Of a stretch of DNA of 64,000 nucleotides, positions 32,701-54,610 are shown piece after piece (the first letter of the stretch is position 1; the number at the start of each line of letters is the position of its first letter). Source of the DNA: Klebsormidium nitens (taxonomy: Eukaryota > Plantae > Klebsormidiophyceae); the NCBI GenBank assembly GCA_000708835.1, contig DF237061.1, positions 62,001-126,000 on the forward strand, written 5' to 3'. The notes under the pieces were generated by a model. It searched no databases. It was not told the DNA's origin and was given only the letters and a program-made list of their open reading frames with translations. A program made the position numbers and the translations under genes.

Positions 32701-33012
32701 CTATTAATCATGCAATGGTACTAGAGACATTTTCACACGCACCTGCAGCTTCCTTGCGGTCTCATCATTCAGCTCAAAGAAAACCCTCTGTGTTTCATCT
32801 TCTTCACCCGTCCCCAATGTGCCACTGCTCAGCTTCCTCTGGAGCCACTTGGCAGCGAGGACTTTCAGGAGGCTACGATTCGGTCTTGCAACAGACCTTC
32901 GCACTGCAGAGATCGCCTCCTCCAGTGACCAATGCCTACCACTGTTGATGAGTTCGGTGAGATAAGCCTCGATTGCTGACATATGGCCATCATCATCACC
33001 CGCTTCTGCCAT
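23762..33012 (-). CDS. Large multi-exon protein of unknown function, acidic/Ala/Gly-rich and largely low-complexity
   Basis: In-frame exons with splice sites: 32743-33012, 32373-32500, (unresolved 31.4-32.3 kb), exon ending 31248, 30869-30949, 30344-30481, 29674-29919, 29038-29226, 28265-28513, 26786-27772, 26088-26192, 25245-25469, 24736-24957, 24341-24490, 23762-23926 (TAA). Contains a helical-looking island (DRLDLANEILTMETVDLLDALLELSGG...) and an EQEAAAREQAAAAKEQ coiled-coil-like tract. No family recognised. Confidence 0.7.
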
Positions 33013-35009
33013 GATTAGCTTGCAGTCTGCTTTCGTGGCTTGACCTCTGGGGACTGTTGAAACAGAGCTTTGCCTGAATACTTGGTCTCCACCTCACATC
33101 AATTCTATGGAAGACAACCAGCGGCGGCGGTTACTAAAGGACTACCTTGCTTTGGGAGTTGAAATGCAGCATACTTTGCACGTGTGGCCACTCAAGTCTG
33201 AACAAAACGGCTTCTCATACTTGTCTACATGGATGGGTTGCAACTGCAGGAGCAAGAGCCAACAGCCGCGTATGACCGTGACTTGGTAGTGAGTTGTGAC
33301 ACATAGAAACTCTGATGGCTAAAGAGATTCTGCAGGCTCTACATTGCGCGTCAATCAGGGCCTTCTGCTCAATCTGCTCCCTCTGATCGCACCTCTTGGT
33401 CACAACTTCAACTTCAAGTGACAAGGTGGACACGGGTCGCGACGAGCCTAGGTAATACATTTGCTGTGAATAGGCACGTACTGCCACATTATCGATGTTA
33501 CTCGTGGGGTAATCTTCAGACATAGGGCTTATTTACTCGGACATTTTCTTGGATCTCCCGTCTCACACTGCACGCCTCTTTCTCCGTTGTGGGGATCCCT
33601 CAGGATTCTCCTGATCCTTTTTTTTGTATATAGAATTTGTAAGAGCAACCCTGTGCAGAGAATTTGATATGGTGGAGTGGTACGCCACAATGGAGATTCA
33701 GAAGCCGTAACGACGTCGGTTCGAGCACGGTATTCCGCAGGACAAGTCCTGCGCAGGATACGTCCTGCTTCAGGATCTCAGTTGACCGAATCCTGGCCCC
33801 GCTCAAATCTACGTTTTGTGCCCTTTTTCTTGCTGGCACTCGTGGAGTTGTCCATTTTTGTGGAGAACAGAAAACATCATGGCGCGTTCCATAACGAATG
33901 AATGTACCTACATGCCAAGGCCCAATACCGTAGTAGTATTTGAATGCATGATGACAGATAGCGTATGGGATCAGGACATATAGCTTATATAGCAGTGCTC
34001 AAGCACTATAGTGACCAGGGCCGAAGGAATGAAGCTTCATTCTTTCTTCATGTTCAATTTAAGGCTGTGATAAGGGCGATATTGCAGGGTGCTCTTGACA
34101 GCTGAACGCGACATGGTTTGGAGGAAGTCTAATGTGCAAGCGCGACATGCGCGCGCTTGAAGTAGTATTGTGTATCCCTGTCATATCCGCGGGCCTTCTG
34201 CATGATGCGTGGAATGTGGCGCTAATATCATTTACATGATGGTCGATCTTTACTAGGCTGTACTTATGTTGCCGAGAGGCTCAGATAGAAGCCGGATCAT
34301 GAATTTAGCGACAACCCGGGTTTCAAGATGAGCATATACGTATGCCGCCATGCATGCAATCTTCTACTGTTTGAAATTGTGTGAACACCATACGATTGTT
34401 CAGCTCATTAATCATGTGGAAAGAGGACGTTCGTACACTTTGCAATCACACACTTCGCATGCAAGAGTCGTTTAAGTATTAGTGAAATGAATTCGAAACA
34501 AGATCGACGGAACCTTCCATGTTGTGGTTAAAGATGTTGGCGAACCTGCTTTTACCTAAGGAACTGCGCAAAAATCCGTAAGTTGTTCTAATTGGCGACC
34601 GCCACACATCATTGATGCGTCAAGTGCTTCAAGCAGCTAGAAGATCCGTGGAGCTTGCTTACTTGTGCCGACCACTCCGAATGGTCCTCATACTGAATTA
34701 TCAAGCACAGCTGTTGGAAGTCGACAAAGAGACACTCGGCTGCGTCCAACTTAAGCAACGAAGTTTTCAGGTCGCAAATGACATACAATGCGAAGAACAA
34801 CCACGAATGACAGATGCGTCCTTATCACTAAAGCAGGAAGGAAGCTTAAGCAGTTGGGATCCGGAGCATCAGCAGAGCGGCAGCCTCAAACTGCATCTTC
34901 CAAGGCGGAAATTGGCATCAGTTTCTCGTGGCAAGAGCGACTATGATGGCAACTCAGCTTACAGAACACAATTCAGCAATGCGCCGAAACAAACCATTCC
35001 GACAGTCTT

Positions 35010-43726
<8,717 letters not shown>

Positions 43727-45093
43727 GGTTTCAAAAGGGCGAGTCTTCTCGCAAGCTTTTCAGCTGTTCCAATTAGTGCAATTTCAATCCATGTTTTTGC
43801 CCACATGCATTGCCTCCTCTAGCTCGAGCAGGCTAGAAACTAGTGTGGCGCAAAAACCTTCTCAAATGCTAGAAATCACGGCTCCAACGAACCGTCCGAT
43901 CACAGTCGAACATCGGACGGACGGCTGCGAAGAAACATCCCTCAGTGCCAGGCCATGCCTCGCCACTGCTGGCAGTCACCATTGCCCCAAAAACTGGCAA
44001 AAGTCGTGAAATTGGTCATGAAGCCATTGGGCCTGAAGTTGAATGTAGGCGCCGCATTCGAACACGTACGCATGCTAATACAGCAATTCCCAGCTTGCAA
44101 CTAGCAACTCTTTCAATAGAAATTGTACTAGCCAGAGACCAACATGAACTCGAATCAAAGTGTACGCCGCCGGCGGGCCTGGCCATGATTGCCTTGCTCA
44201 TCAGCCACAACGGTATCTGAATGTTGCGTGTGTCGTTCGATATATGATGTTACCGACACATGGCTCAAATATATGAGCCATGCATCTTCAATCAAATAGT
44301 ACGTACCGTATTGATCATGATGATGACATAAGCGGTGCCAACATCTCTTCGAGTCTCTTGCAAGATGATGGTGCATTCATGTACGTGCGCGAACATCATT
44401 GTCAGGCAGAGAGTGACAATGTCAATTTTAGACGCGGTTCTTTGATAAATCCTTGAGTGGGCGGCCCACGTGTACAAATGTTAGGGCCTTACATTCATGC
44501 TTCGACGTGAGTTGCCCATATGCATGAATGCACCGAGCTTGCATGCAGGCTTAGTTAGCACGGCAGCCAAGCTGGGCTGGCAGGCTCGATTGCTCGCAAG
44601 GTCTATATGCCAATGGCCGGGTCCTGGGTAGACTCTTGTTTTGATTCCTGGTCGGGCCTATCGACCTGACCGTATCAGCACATATAACCACGAGCACATG
44701 CTTGAAGAAATGTGATGGGCGTCCTCTCGTCGATTGCGAGGATGCATGAGCGAAGATTCTAGGACCCGTTCATGAGAAGGTAGCATTGTGATTGGGATCG
44801 TGAGAGAAACCTTGGGAACCTACTCCTCAGGGATGCGACAATGAGTTGAGGACAGCAGGAAAGCAAAGTACGCAGTTGGAGTGGGTTCCTCTAACATGCC
44901 AGTAACCAAGCTTCTTGCAGACTCTGGCCATCCTTGGACAAACTCACTGTCTCTTGTATCTCCTTGAGTGCACTATAAGTACATACCTGTACACCTTCTC
45001 GTGTCTTTATCTGCTCATCACTGGGTCATACACATAATACAGCTGACTTGCATAGGATGTGCCAAGCGCGTCTCGCCGGAAGGGTTGAGAGCT

Positions 45094-48000
45094 TTACAGC
45101 TCGGTTCTACCAGATTCCGAACCTACGGGTTGCGCCTCAGCCTCGTGGATGAAGGGGCCGGAAACGAAGGTCTGCAGAATGACCTCGGCAAGTTCCTGCG
45201 AGACAACAGGAGGCACGTCTAATTGACTTGCAGCTTCTAGAAAGGACCACTGGTTAGTTACCCGAAGATGCTGTTTGCTTAAACGCTGTTTATTGACGGC
45301 TCCCTAAGGCGAAGAGAGGATGCCTTACATCCAACTAATCTGTTCGCCAAGACCGCCAGTCCTTCGCATTCCGTAATCCACATCCGGCTAACAGATTGTG
45401 ACTGGGCCGTATACAGTCAACAACTTCAGAAGTGCTTCCCTGGACGAGACACATTTGCTGAACACGGTACCCATACTCGTTTTCGACGTACTCATAGAAC
45501 CTGGCAAGCTTTTTCTCACTCCAAAATGGTTGCGTGTCAAAGATTCCACATACGGTTGTATGTCTGCAAGAGAAGGTTGGGCAGACCCCACGAAATGTTA
45601 TACTTTCCGTATGTTTCCAATATTTGTCCGCTTGTAGGGGAAGTCATTTTTAGTATGTTGAAATGCTACTTAATTCAAACAGCGGGAACTTCATCTCACC
45701 TCTTTGCCTGAAAAGGTGAGGTCGTCCAGCGTCAGCTGCTCGGCCGCCTTGGCCAGGTCCTCCAGGCTCACCGTGCCCGCCTGCACCAACCAGAAAGCGC
45801 CACGTCAGCAAAAGTGAGGCTGACCCACTATGTCAACGGGGTTGTTTCTTCTTGCCGCTGTTGACGCTCAAATCCTCGCTTTGTCCGTAGGCATTGTTCG
45901 ATGAAAGTAAGCCACACCTGCCGTCATAATCAACAAAAGATTCTCGATAACGAGGACAGGAGCCATTGCATGCTTTGTATACAAGCCTGGACACTCGTAT
46001 TCTGCGTCCATTGAAGCCGGCAGCTTTTCCAAATAACAGTTCTGAAAGACGGAACCGCAAGGTACAAAAGTCGGAGGGGCGGGTGAGGCACGCACCTCGA
46101 TCTTGGCCCCCAGCCCAGTCCATCCCGCATACCGCTTCTGCACCAGCTTCTCCAAGGCCCCATCCTGCGGTAAAACACTTTGTTTTTTGAGCGACCTCGT
46201 CGAGGAGCATAAACAATTGTCCTAGTGTCTCGCGGGCTCTCTCACGCTCGCACTGATTGTTAGCGATGCGTTTGAAGGTGATAAGCACATAGCGGTTATC
46301 ACCCTGCTCCACCGCGCTGTAGCAAATGCTCCTGAAGAAGACTCAGACGCGAGGACGATGAAAGCATTGCAAACGAGAAGGAAGACGAAACCAGAATGAA
46401 CGGACTCAAAGCTGCAGGGAGGACGATGATGCAAGGGCGGCTTCTGTGTGCTGATCGGTAAACATAGAAAATGCCGTCACTGGGCGGCTTAATGGCGAGC
46501 CAGAAGCGCTACGTACTTGACCAGGCTGACAAAATGAACCTCATCGTACGAGCTTTAGGGGTAAAGAACATGAGTGCATGCGCGGGCGCGCCAAACAGGA
46601 TTCACAAGCGACTTAACTTTCGAGAGAATGTTTAAAAGGCTGTACCTCGACAATCTTGGCAGCCACCCGGAGCCCCCGTGCGAGCGCATCCATCCCCGAG
46701 ATGTGGCCGATGAACAGGTCCTCGACGTCGATGCTCTCTCGCCGCCTGAGGACACGTGTCAAATTGTCACAAAGTTACAACTTATCTGCATTTTTGTATA
46801 CTTGACGTCATTGCGCCCTTTGAACAGTCTACCCGGAAACAATTTGCTCTTCCGCCCCACCATTGAGCGCCTGAAGAGTGATTCAGATCAATTTGCCTGT
46901 CGTTTTGTCTTCCTAGGACGTTCGGGCTTCGTCATGACAAGCTTGCTCGCGAAACTACGTTACAGCGCACAGCTGTTAACAAGCTTTCACAGAAAAGCTC
47001 AGTCTGACACTTGACTGACCCAGCTTTGTCATGTAAGCGGTGTGAAAGAGACTATAATCTGTCACTGCTGAACTACAACAGGGAAGCTGGTGTTAAAAGC
47101 AATCCCGCCGGCAAATGCCGGCCAAGTACTAACGACGCGCTCTGCAGACTCGTTTCGTACATGAAATACGACAGCAAGGGCGCTGCGCCTGAGCACTGCG
47201 AAAAAAACTCACAGCTTCGCGTCGAAGTTGATCCCTCCAGGCGCCAAGCCTCCCTGCAGAAGAAGAAGAGGGGTCTGTGTCAAACCAAGTCCTGCGCATG
47301 CTTCAGGGCTTGGCTGCTATGCTTGGCTGCTTTTGACCGTGGAATTGGAGCCTGAAAGATTCACAGCGCTCGTAGCAGCAGTTCTCGACCGAGCGGAAAC
47401 ATGCCACTTGCGATTTTGACAACGCGGAGAACAGATATTGAAATCCAGAGAGCAGGCTTGTTCCATAAAGCTTGAGAGCAGAGAGCGAGTGGCAGCGGTC
47501 AGCTTCTAAGCACTTTCGAAAACCAAAGAGCAAAACCTCGCAGCAAAGCCTGCGAGCCCTAGCCGAAGACCGTACTCTCCTTCAACGATCATACTCCACA
47601 AACCTGCTTGACGGTGTTGTCCGTGGTTAACCTAGCTTCAGCTCGAACGAAAATGCGAGATAAACGGTTGCAGAATGTCATAGTATACCCAAGCATTCAG
47701 GCTTGAGCTTTTCAAACCAACTGATTCCTTTTGCAAAAGAGCTCGGTCCTTACATTCCTGATGATCGCCAGTCCCACGAGCGCCGCCTCAGTCGGGTCCG
47801 TCAGGAACTGGTCTGTGTCCCAACCTGCAGAAAAGTGGATTTGGGTTGATCAACTCTTGATATATCCAGATAAGCAGAATGATGATCAGGAAACTGATTG
47901 TAAAAGGCGCCATAGTCTCAAAAAGTGAGTGCCTGTTTTCAGCTCTGAAGTGCTGCAAATCGAGAACCGTGTCCGCGCAAGTAGTTTTACCCGCTGCTTC

Positions 48001-51000
48001 ATCCTGCGTACAAGCTCAGGGGAGATAATTCAGGTCTACTTGACGCGGAAATGTTTCACCTTGTCTTATGAAGATAAGCATGCAACGACGCAGAAGGTCG
48101 GGGAACCCCAGTCACATGAACTCGTGAAAATACTCCTCTTGCTAATGCATAGTCTGAAAACACGAGCTTTGCTTGCTCGAGCGCCAAGGTATATGATTCT
48201 CCCTGGACACTCTGAAAGCGAACACGAGGAAGTAGACAAGAGCTTGAAGAAATTCTGCAACCCGAATGCGCTCGCCATGTTGACTAAGAATAGTCTCGGA
48301 TTACAGCCTCCGTCAACCACCCACAGCCGCTTTCTAGGTCGTCAGACCTTTCGTTTGAGCCTCATCAGAAGGACTAATGAGACTTTGCGTACCAGTCTGC
48401 GCGTCCCCGGTATTGGCGTCGATGTTCCCCAGCTTGCCGTTGATGCGGGAGAACTCCAGCTCGTGGAAGCAGCTGCTTCAAACAACGAAACGACGTCACC
48501 TATCCAGTTTAAGGTTCGTGATAACCTACTTAACTGCGGTGACAGTATAATCTACCCTTACAGGGTCGTTGGTGCTAGCAACTCCGGAAATCTCTGCTCT
48601 CATCAGCGCAATACCTGTTCATCGATTGGAAAGTAAGCCAGGGCAAGTGCACGGCTGCAGAAGACCTGAAGCCGTACAAAAGGAGGTACGCCTTTTCAAG
48701 CTTGCGTTTGGTGCCATCGTGACTTGAATTGGATGGTTAATATTTTGATTTGTCTCAAGACGAGCCTGCCAATCAAGACGTTTTTGAAACGTCTAGTTTG
48801 TTTGAGAGCACTCGGTCTGGCTTTACGCCCAGTCCAGCTTAGTCGTACAAAATGCAGAAAGCTAGAAGATACAAGGACAGGGTCCTTACCTGTGACCAGC
48901 CAAGGTTGCGTGGTTGCACTCAATATTCAGCTTGAACTCGTCTGCATAGACGACACGCGTAGAAATTTCAAAATCATGACGATAAAGCCAGGATGAACAG
49001 CCTATTGAAGCTTGTGTTTGAACAACTATCCTCTTCTGCTGGGCGCCAGTGCGTTAAACTTAGGCCCCGTTTGAAAGAGCAGCTTTCAGAGGGACCAGCA
49101 GTTGCAGAGAATCTAGCAAATGACCAGTGATATTGAATCCTCGGTCTATGCTTCCTTATGTTTGTTTCTTGCGCAGCCAGACCCGTGTTTTCAAGGCCAC
49201 AGGCAGGAAAGAATGCGTCTAAACAGCTGTCCCTCGGTGGAAATCTGTGGGCAAACTTTGGCAGAAGCGTTCCAATTGGATCAAGCTGAAACGGCTATCG
49301 CAGAGACGCTGGAATATTGGAACGGAGGAACTGAAAGGGATTGGAAACAAAACACGGAACCTGAAAACTCACCTCCCAGACCGTAGTGCTCCAAAAAGCC
49401 GATGGTTGTGGCCGCATCCCAGTCGTACCTGGGGCGTAACGGAACAGGAATTGCTTTGTACGTCCAGATGACATCGCACGTAAAGTGCTCCTTGATGTGA
49501 AGGGAGGCATTCATATTAAGCAGACTGGGGGAAATTCCGGTAGATTCAAGCACCTCACCCCTTCCTTATGAATGTCGATCGACGTCGACTCCGGAAACGA
49601 GGAACGAGAGTCAAGTCCTTGTACAGATTTGCGAGTTGGGTGAAGCAGCCAGTGGCGTCCGTATTCAAATTGAGCAATATGAGCAAGTTTGAAGTTGACA
49701 AATCTCATCTCCTTCTCATGGTGCGGAAAGGCCAAAAACCTCAAATCTGGTCCTCGATTAAATGAAAGTTTTCACCGGATAGACAAAATAAAGGTACGCT
49801 TTATTAAAGAAGGAGCAGGAACAGGGTATGGTAGGGGCAGGTATGGCAAGGGCAGTATGGCAATTGAACGCAATGGGTTGAAAGCAGACGAGAACCAGAT
49901 CGCAATCGAGGCCGAAAACAAGAAGCACAAGAGGCGGACGGGACTCACTGGTGCTTGGTGGGTTCCTGGGGTTTCGGCTCGAGCAGCAGCGTCCCTAACA
50001 AAGCAAGGAACAGCGTCAGACTCAGCAACTAGTTGGCGAAATGCGTTTTCCGAGAACAACCTAAACGCGCTCTGAGAACCTAACTGATCGTAGGAGTCTA
50101 CATGAAGGCATATACAAAATGAAACCGTGGGTAAAGTTGGCTGGGTCGCTCACCGTTGAAGCCAATCTTCTTCTTGTGCTCTGCAGCGAGTCGCAGGAAA
50201 AGCGCCTGCAAGAGGACAAAGACCGTCAACTTCTCGTGTCATGATCTGCCTTTTGCTCCGTCAGGGATGAGCACGTTTGCAAGTGAAAACCTCGTAAAGC
50301 TCTTCCCAATATCAGATCACTATTACATGGACTACTTTTATGTACACCCAAGCTCTCACGTTCCCTCATCTTCGCCAAATCCACTCACAGCCAAAGGTTG
50401 CTCCAAGATATGGACGAGTAAAACAAGTTCAAAGCGTCACGACTCTCCCGTTTCTTCACCTCCAAATGGAATATGCGAAACAAGACCTGCGACCCCGGCA
50501 ACTAGAGCTCACCATATGATCCAGCTCCTTCTTCAGGTCGGTCGTCAGAAGCGTCTGGTACCCCTCCCGGCCCCCCCAGAAGACGTAGTTCTCGCCCCCG
50601 AGCTTTTTCGTCACCTGCAGCAAGCCAGCGACATGTAAGCAATACTCAATAGAATCACACGAAAACAAATCTGTGAAAAATATCGTCCATGAAAATCAAG
50701 GAGAACAGCACCACGTGTTGGCCAAGTACAAGAAATCCGTCGTGAATGGACGACATTTCCTGACGCACCAACGGCAGCTTTCTAAGTAGATGCATGTTAA
50801 GGAGGGAGCATGTGGACCAGGGGATTGTTTCACCAACCATACCGGAGAACAGACAGTTTCCAAATTGCTTACGGTTATTGTATCGCAACGAACACCGAGT
50901 GCAGGCGTGTAGTTGATGAATGGAGCCAATTTGCAGCTACTCCACCTTCGACCAGTGCCAAAAAAAACGCACACTTGGACTCAGAGACTTATTGGCTGAT

Positions 51001-54000
51001 GGTGCGGGCAGACATGAACGAAGACATAAGTTTTGGGCCTTGTGGACTAAGGAGTCCGCCTCCAAGCGGGCTTACCTCCAAGCACTTCTTCACTTGAGCA
51101 GCAGCGACTGCGAACACCCGGGCGTCGGGGCTGCGAGCAGCAAGGCCGGGTCAGAAACAAGAGGTCTACAGCCTTTCGAAACGGCGCTCTGCGCGTTAGG
51201 AAGCGTGACTAAGCATGCAATCAAGAACCAGCAAGTAACAAGAATACTCTAAGCGGGGTGGTCAAGACGTGCCCTAATAATACAGAAAAAGCACCAATAC
51301 AATCTAGAACCAGCAAGTTACAGACTAATCTCGAATTAAGCGGGGTAGTCAAGCGGGGTACTCTCGCAGCACCGCCCTCTTCGAAGCAAGCGCCATACTT
51401 TCGCAGGATGAGAGCGTCAGCAGATACAAAGCAGCTACGTCTCATTGGGGCCCTCTGCGCATAACAGGTACTTGAGCTTGCAAGGAAAGAGCGCGAAGAC
51501 AATAAAGTCGAGGCAGAGAGTATGTTCTCTTCTCTTCGACATCTAGAAGCGATATTACAGCCCAGATTTCCCTGTGCTGCTCACCTACTTGCGGCGCCCT
51601 GCGCATAGCGCGGGTGCTTAAAGAGCTGCACAGGCTTCGAAAGAATCGCGCAACCACAGAACAAGCGACTCACATCCCCATTTTCAAGAGACAGAAAAGA
51701 TCAAGAACTAGGTTTTGCAGCGTCCCCACCTAGTTGCGGCGCCCTGTGCGTAGCGCGGGTGCTTGAAGAGCTGCGCAGTGCCCCAGAGCGGGTGAATGTC
51801 GGTGCCCTTCTGCAGCGAAAGCGCCAAGTCGACCACCTGGTCGAACATCTCGTTCGTCTCCTGCAGAATGGAAACGATGAATTCTTCGAGAAGTTGCGGG
51901 ACGCTAGTATTAAATGATTTACGAGGAGGATCAATGGAGAAATGCGGTCCAACACCCAATCGAAGTATGTATTCGTGTCCTACAGTTTCTGAAAAGTTCT
52001 GTGGCTTGAAAGAAACGGCAAAGTAGAGTATCCACAGAGATATGCGAAGGGGAAATGAAACTGAAGGCACCCAGTACCGCTGCCTTGTCCTCGCAAGAGC
52101 GCCTTGGGCATAGCTGGTTTGAAGGTGGTACAATACAGGTTTACGCTTGGCAGTGTATCGGCCTGAACTTGATTGCGGGGGCAAAAAGGAACACAAAAGG
52201 GAACACAACTCGACGGCTACAAACGAAGAAATAACATTACCATTCCGTTCGTTTCTACCAAGAACGTGACTAACGGATTTCGATTGTTAACTTCGAGAGC
52301 AAGAGACTAGCTTGGGCTTCGACTTAGAACTCTGATCCTGAACCTTTAAAAGAGCAGCCACCGGAGGGGTCTTCCCTCAGAAAGAGGGATCACTTTTTCG
52401 TAATTAAAAAAAGCCCTGGGGTAAGCGGTTGACGGCCAAGGTGCAATGGGCCATTGAAAAACGAAGAAACGAAAGCAGCCCAAACCGCGGACAATGGGTG
52501 GCAAGACCAATAAACCGGGCTTACCTCGAGAGTGCGCCCTTCTGGGGAGATGTCCCGGTCGTGGAAGCACCACAGGTTCACGCCCAGCTTCTTCAAGAAC
52601 TCGAAGTTGGCGCGCACTGCAAAGACAATCGGAATACCTTCGGGCTATGACTCTTCGAGACCGAAAGATCGAATGTAGCCCACAAAATTCTAGCTCTAAA
52701 CGCTGATGCCCAGTTGGGCCGCTCGCCATCGATCGAAGCTTCGTCTCTGATGAACTGCCCACATCGCCGTGTCCGCACACTAGTAAAAAGGAGAGGGTTG
52801 CAATCCTCAAGAAAAACGGGTCTTCTTGCATCACTAGTTCGATGGGATAATAATCAGCAATTTGGCAAACGCTTTGACAATCCGGTTCTCTGACGAAGTC
52901 ATTTCAACAGCTGTATTCAGCAACACAAAACCCAACAACGAGGACTTGATCTGCCCACAAACGCCACCAGATCATCCATTCTCAATGACACAAACGTGCA
53001 AACGAGCAAGGAATGGAAAGGTGACGAATTCTTGGTGATAGCCGCCTCTAACGTCTGTGGTCGGTCCACTCTGACCATTTTACTCGGTCGGTTGTAGCAG
53101 GCAACACGAGAAAGAAACTTGGGAACCAACACTCTGCCTGCCAGCAAAGACCATCAAAACATCCACCTAAACGGACCACACAGAAAAGAAACTTGGAAAG
53201 ATGAGCCACCTACTCCTGGTGAAGGCCGCCTCGAGCGTCTCTATCCGGCCTCTATAGAGTGTATCTGTCGGCTGTAGAAAAATCACAGCCAGAGATCCGG
53301 GACTTTACAAAGTTCACCAAATGAAAACGACGGGACACACACACGACAGCTGGAATGCTTTTACACGAAAGGACGCATACACTCGACTCAGAAGACTACT
53401 TATTCGAAACGACGCACATACACAAACAAAATAGAAATGGTAGGCGACGAACTTCTAGTAAAGGCCGTCTCGAGCGTCTCTGTACCGTCGTCCCAGGGCC
53501 ACTGCCGGGTCGGCGATCCGAAGGGGTCTGAGCCGTCGCCACGGAAACTGTGCCAGAACGCGACGCTGAAACGCAGCCAGTCCTGCAAGCAGAAGCGGGT
53601 CCTTGTATATTGGACAGACTTTTGAGCTATTTGGAAGCATTGTCCAATTCTTGTGTACTGTGACGGACACAGACAAAAACGACTTGGTATTGGGCCGAGG
53701 GAATCCGCTGCCTTTCATAACTCGTACAAATAATTGTAGAATATGGAGTAAACCCATCGAAGCTGATGACATATGGACGTCAATGAGCCAAAAGCATTCA
53801 ACGCCTAAGCCAAAAGTATGCTACGGCTTAGTAGACCTGAAATTTGAGAAAATTATATCCGCAGAGCTCTCAACGCACTAAGGGGCGAGCCTACCTTCAT
53901 TTTCCCCCCCAGGATTTCCTCTTCTGCGTTGTAGTACTTGTACGCCAGTGGGTTGCGACTGTAAGGGCCCTGCGGAAAAAAAACACGCCAGATTATCAAC

Positions 54001-54610
54001 AAAAACTTTCCGAGAGAATCCGATTCGGGCATAGAAACTGCTCCAAGGCACCAACACAGATCTCAAGTCAAGAAAATTGTCATTTTGTTGACTGTGATGA
54101 TCAAGCAAGTTTCATAGTGCTCAGGTCAACGGGTTCTATCTTATGACCGTCATGAGGGCATCCTAGCTCGAGATATATACACATTTTGTCCAAAACATCC
54201 AGAAACTCCTGCTGGAAATATCATCTATGGCAGACTGAATTACAATTTTCAATATAAGCGGTGCCACGTTGAGACACTAAATCAACACAGCCGATGAAGC
54301 TTTTCATCAATGGTTTAAGCGAAGCACTGGAAGAATGCACCAAACACTTGATTGTACCCCTGGCCAGACATTGAGTGAGTGTCAACTGGCTTGTTAGCAG
54401 GGCCTGAATACGTTTGATGAGTCCGGCTGATGCTTGCTAACTCAGCCACAAGACCCGCAAAGCAATCCAGATGTCGAGAATCTGGCAACAACCCACCTCA
54501 TATTTGATGTCAGGGATGCCTGGAAAAAAGTCCTTTTCCTGCCCCTTGGCCACCGCTGATGTCATGCAGAGCACCAGGAACACCCCGCTCAAAAGCAACA
54601 AGCGAGCCAT
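45094..54610 (-). CDS. xylA: Xylose isomerase (class II, plant type), 482 aa, with N-terminal signal peptide and C-terminal RTEL
   Basis: 18 exons: 54497-54610, 53895-53969, 53453-53582, 52525-52616, 51730-51860, 51076-51130, 50513-50614, 50154-50205, 49949-49994, 49373-49428, 48890-48941, 48393-48472, 47754-47824, 47213-47253, 46646-46745, 46096-46164, 45700-45780, 45094-45195 (1449 nt). Motifs: [103 protein letters not shown]. Confidence 0.97.
51437..51632 (-). repeat. Two decaying copies of the 3' end and donor of XI exon 51730-51860
   Basis: Exon-end equivalents are 51730 (real), 51585 and ~51439 (spacings 145, 146). The nearest copy reads [15 protein letters not shown] versus real [15 protein letters not shown]. 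Confidence 0.88.
53023..53248 (-). repeat. Two decaying copies of the 3' end and donor of XI exon 53453-53582
   Basis: Exon-end equivalents are 53453 (real), 53214 and ~53030. The nearest copy reads [10 protein letters not shown]|gtaggt versus real [10 protein letters not shown]|gttcgt. Confidence 0.85.

Noticed and set aside
33107-33901. Short ORFs upstream of the unknown gene
   Set aside because: No motif and no consistent splice chain linking them to the ATG at 33012.
52095-52125. YAQGA-like match upstream of XI exon 5
   Set aside because: Short, gapped and on the unexpected side of the exon; not distinguishable from chance by eye.
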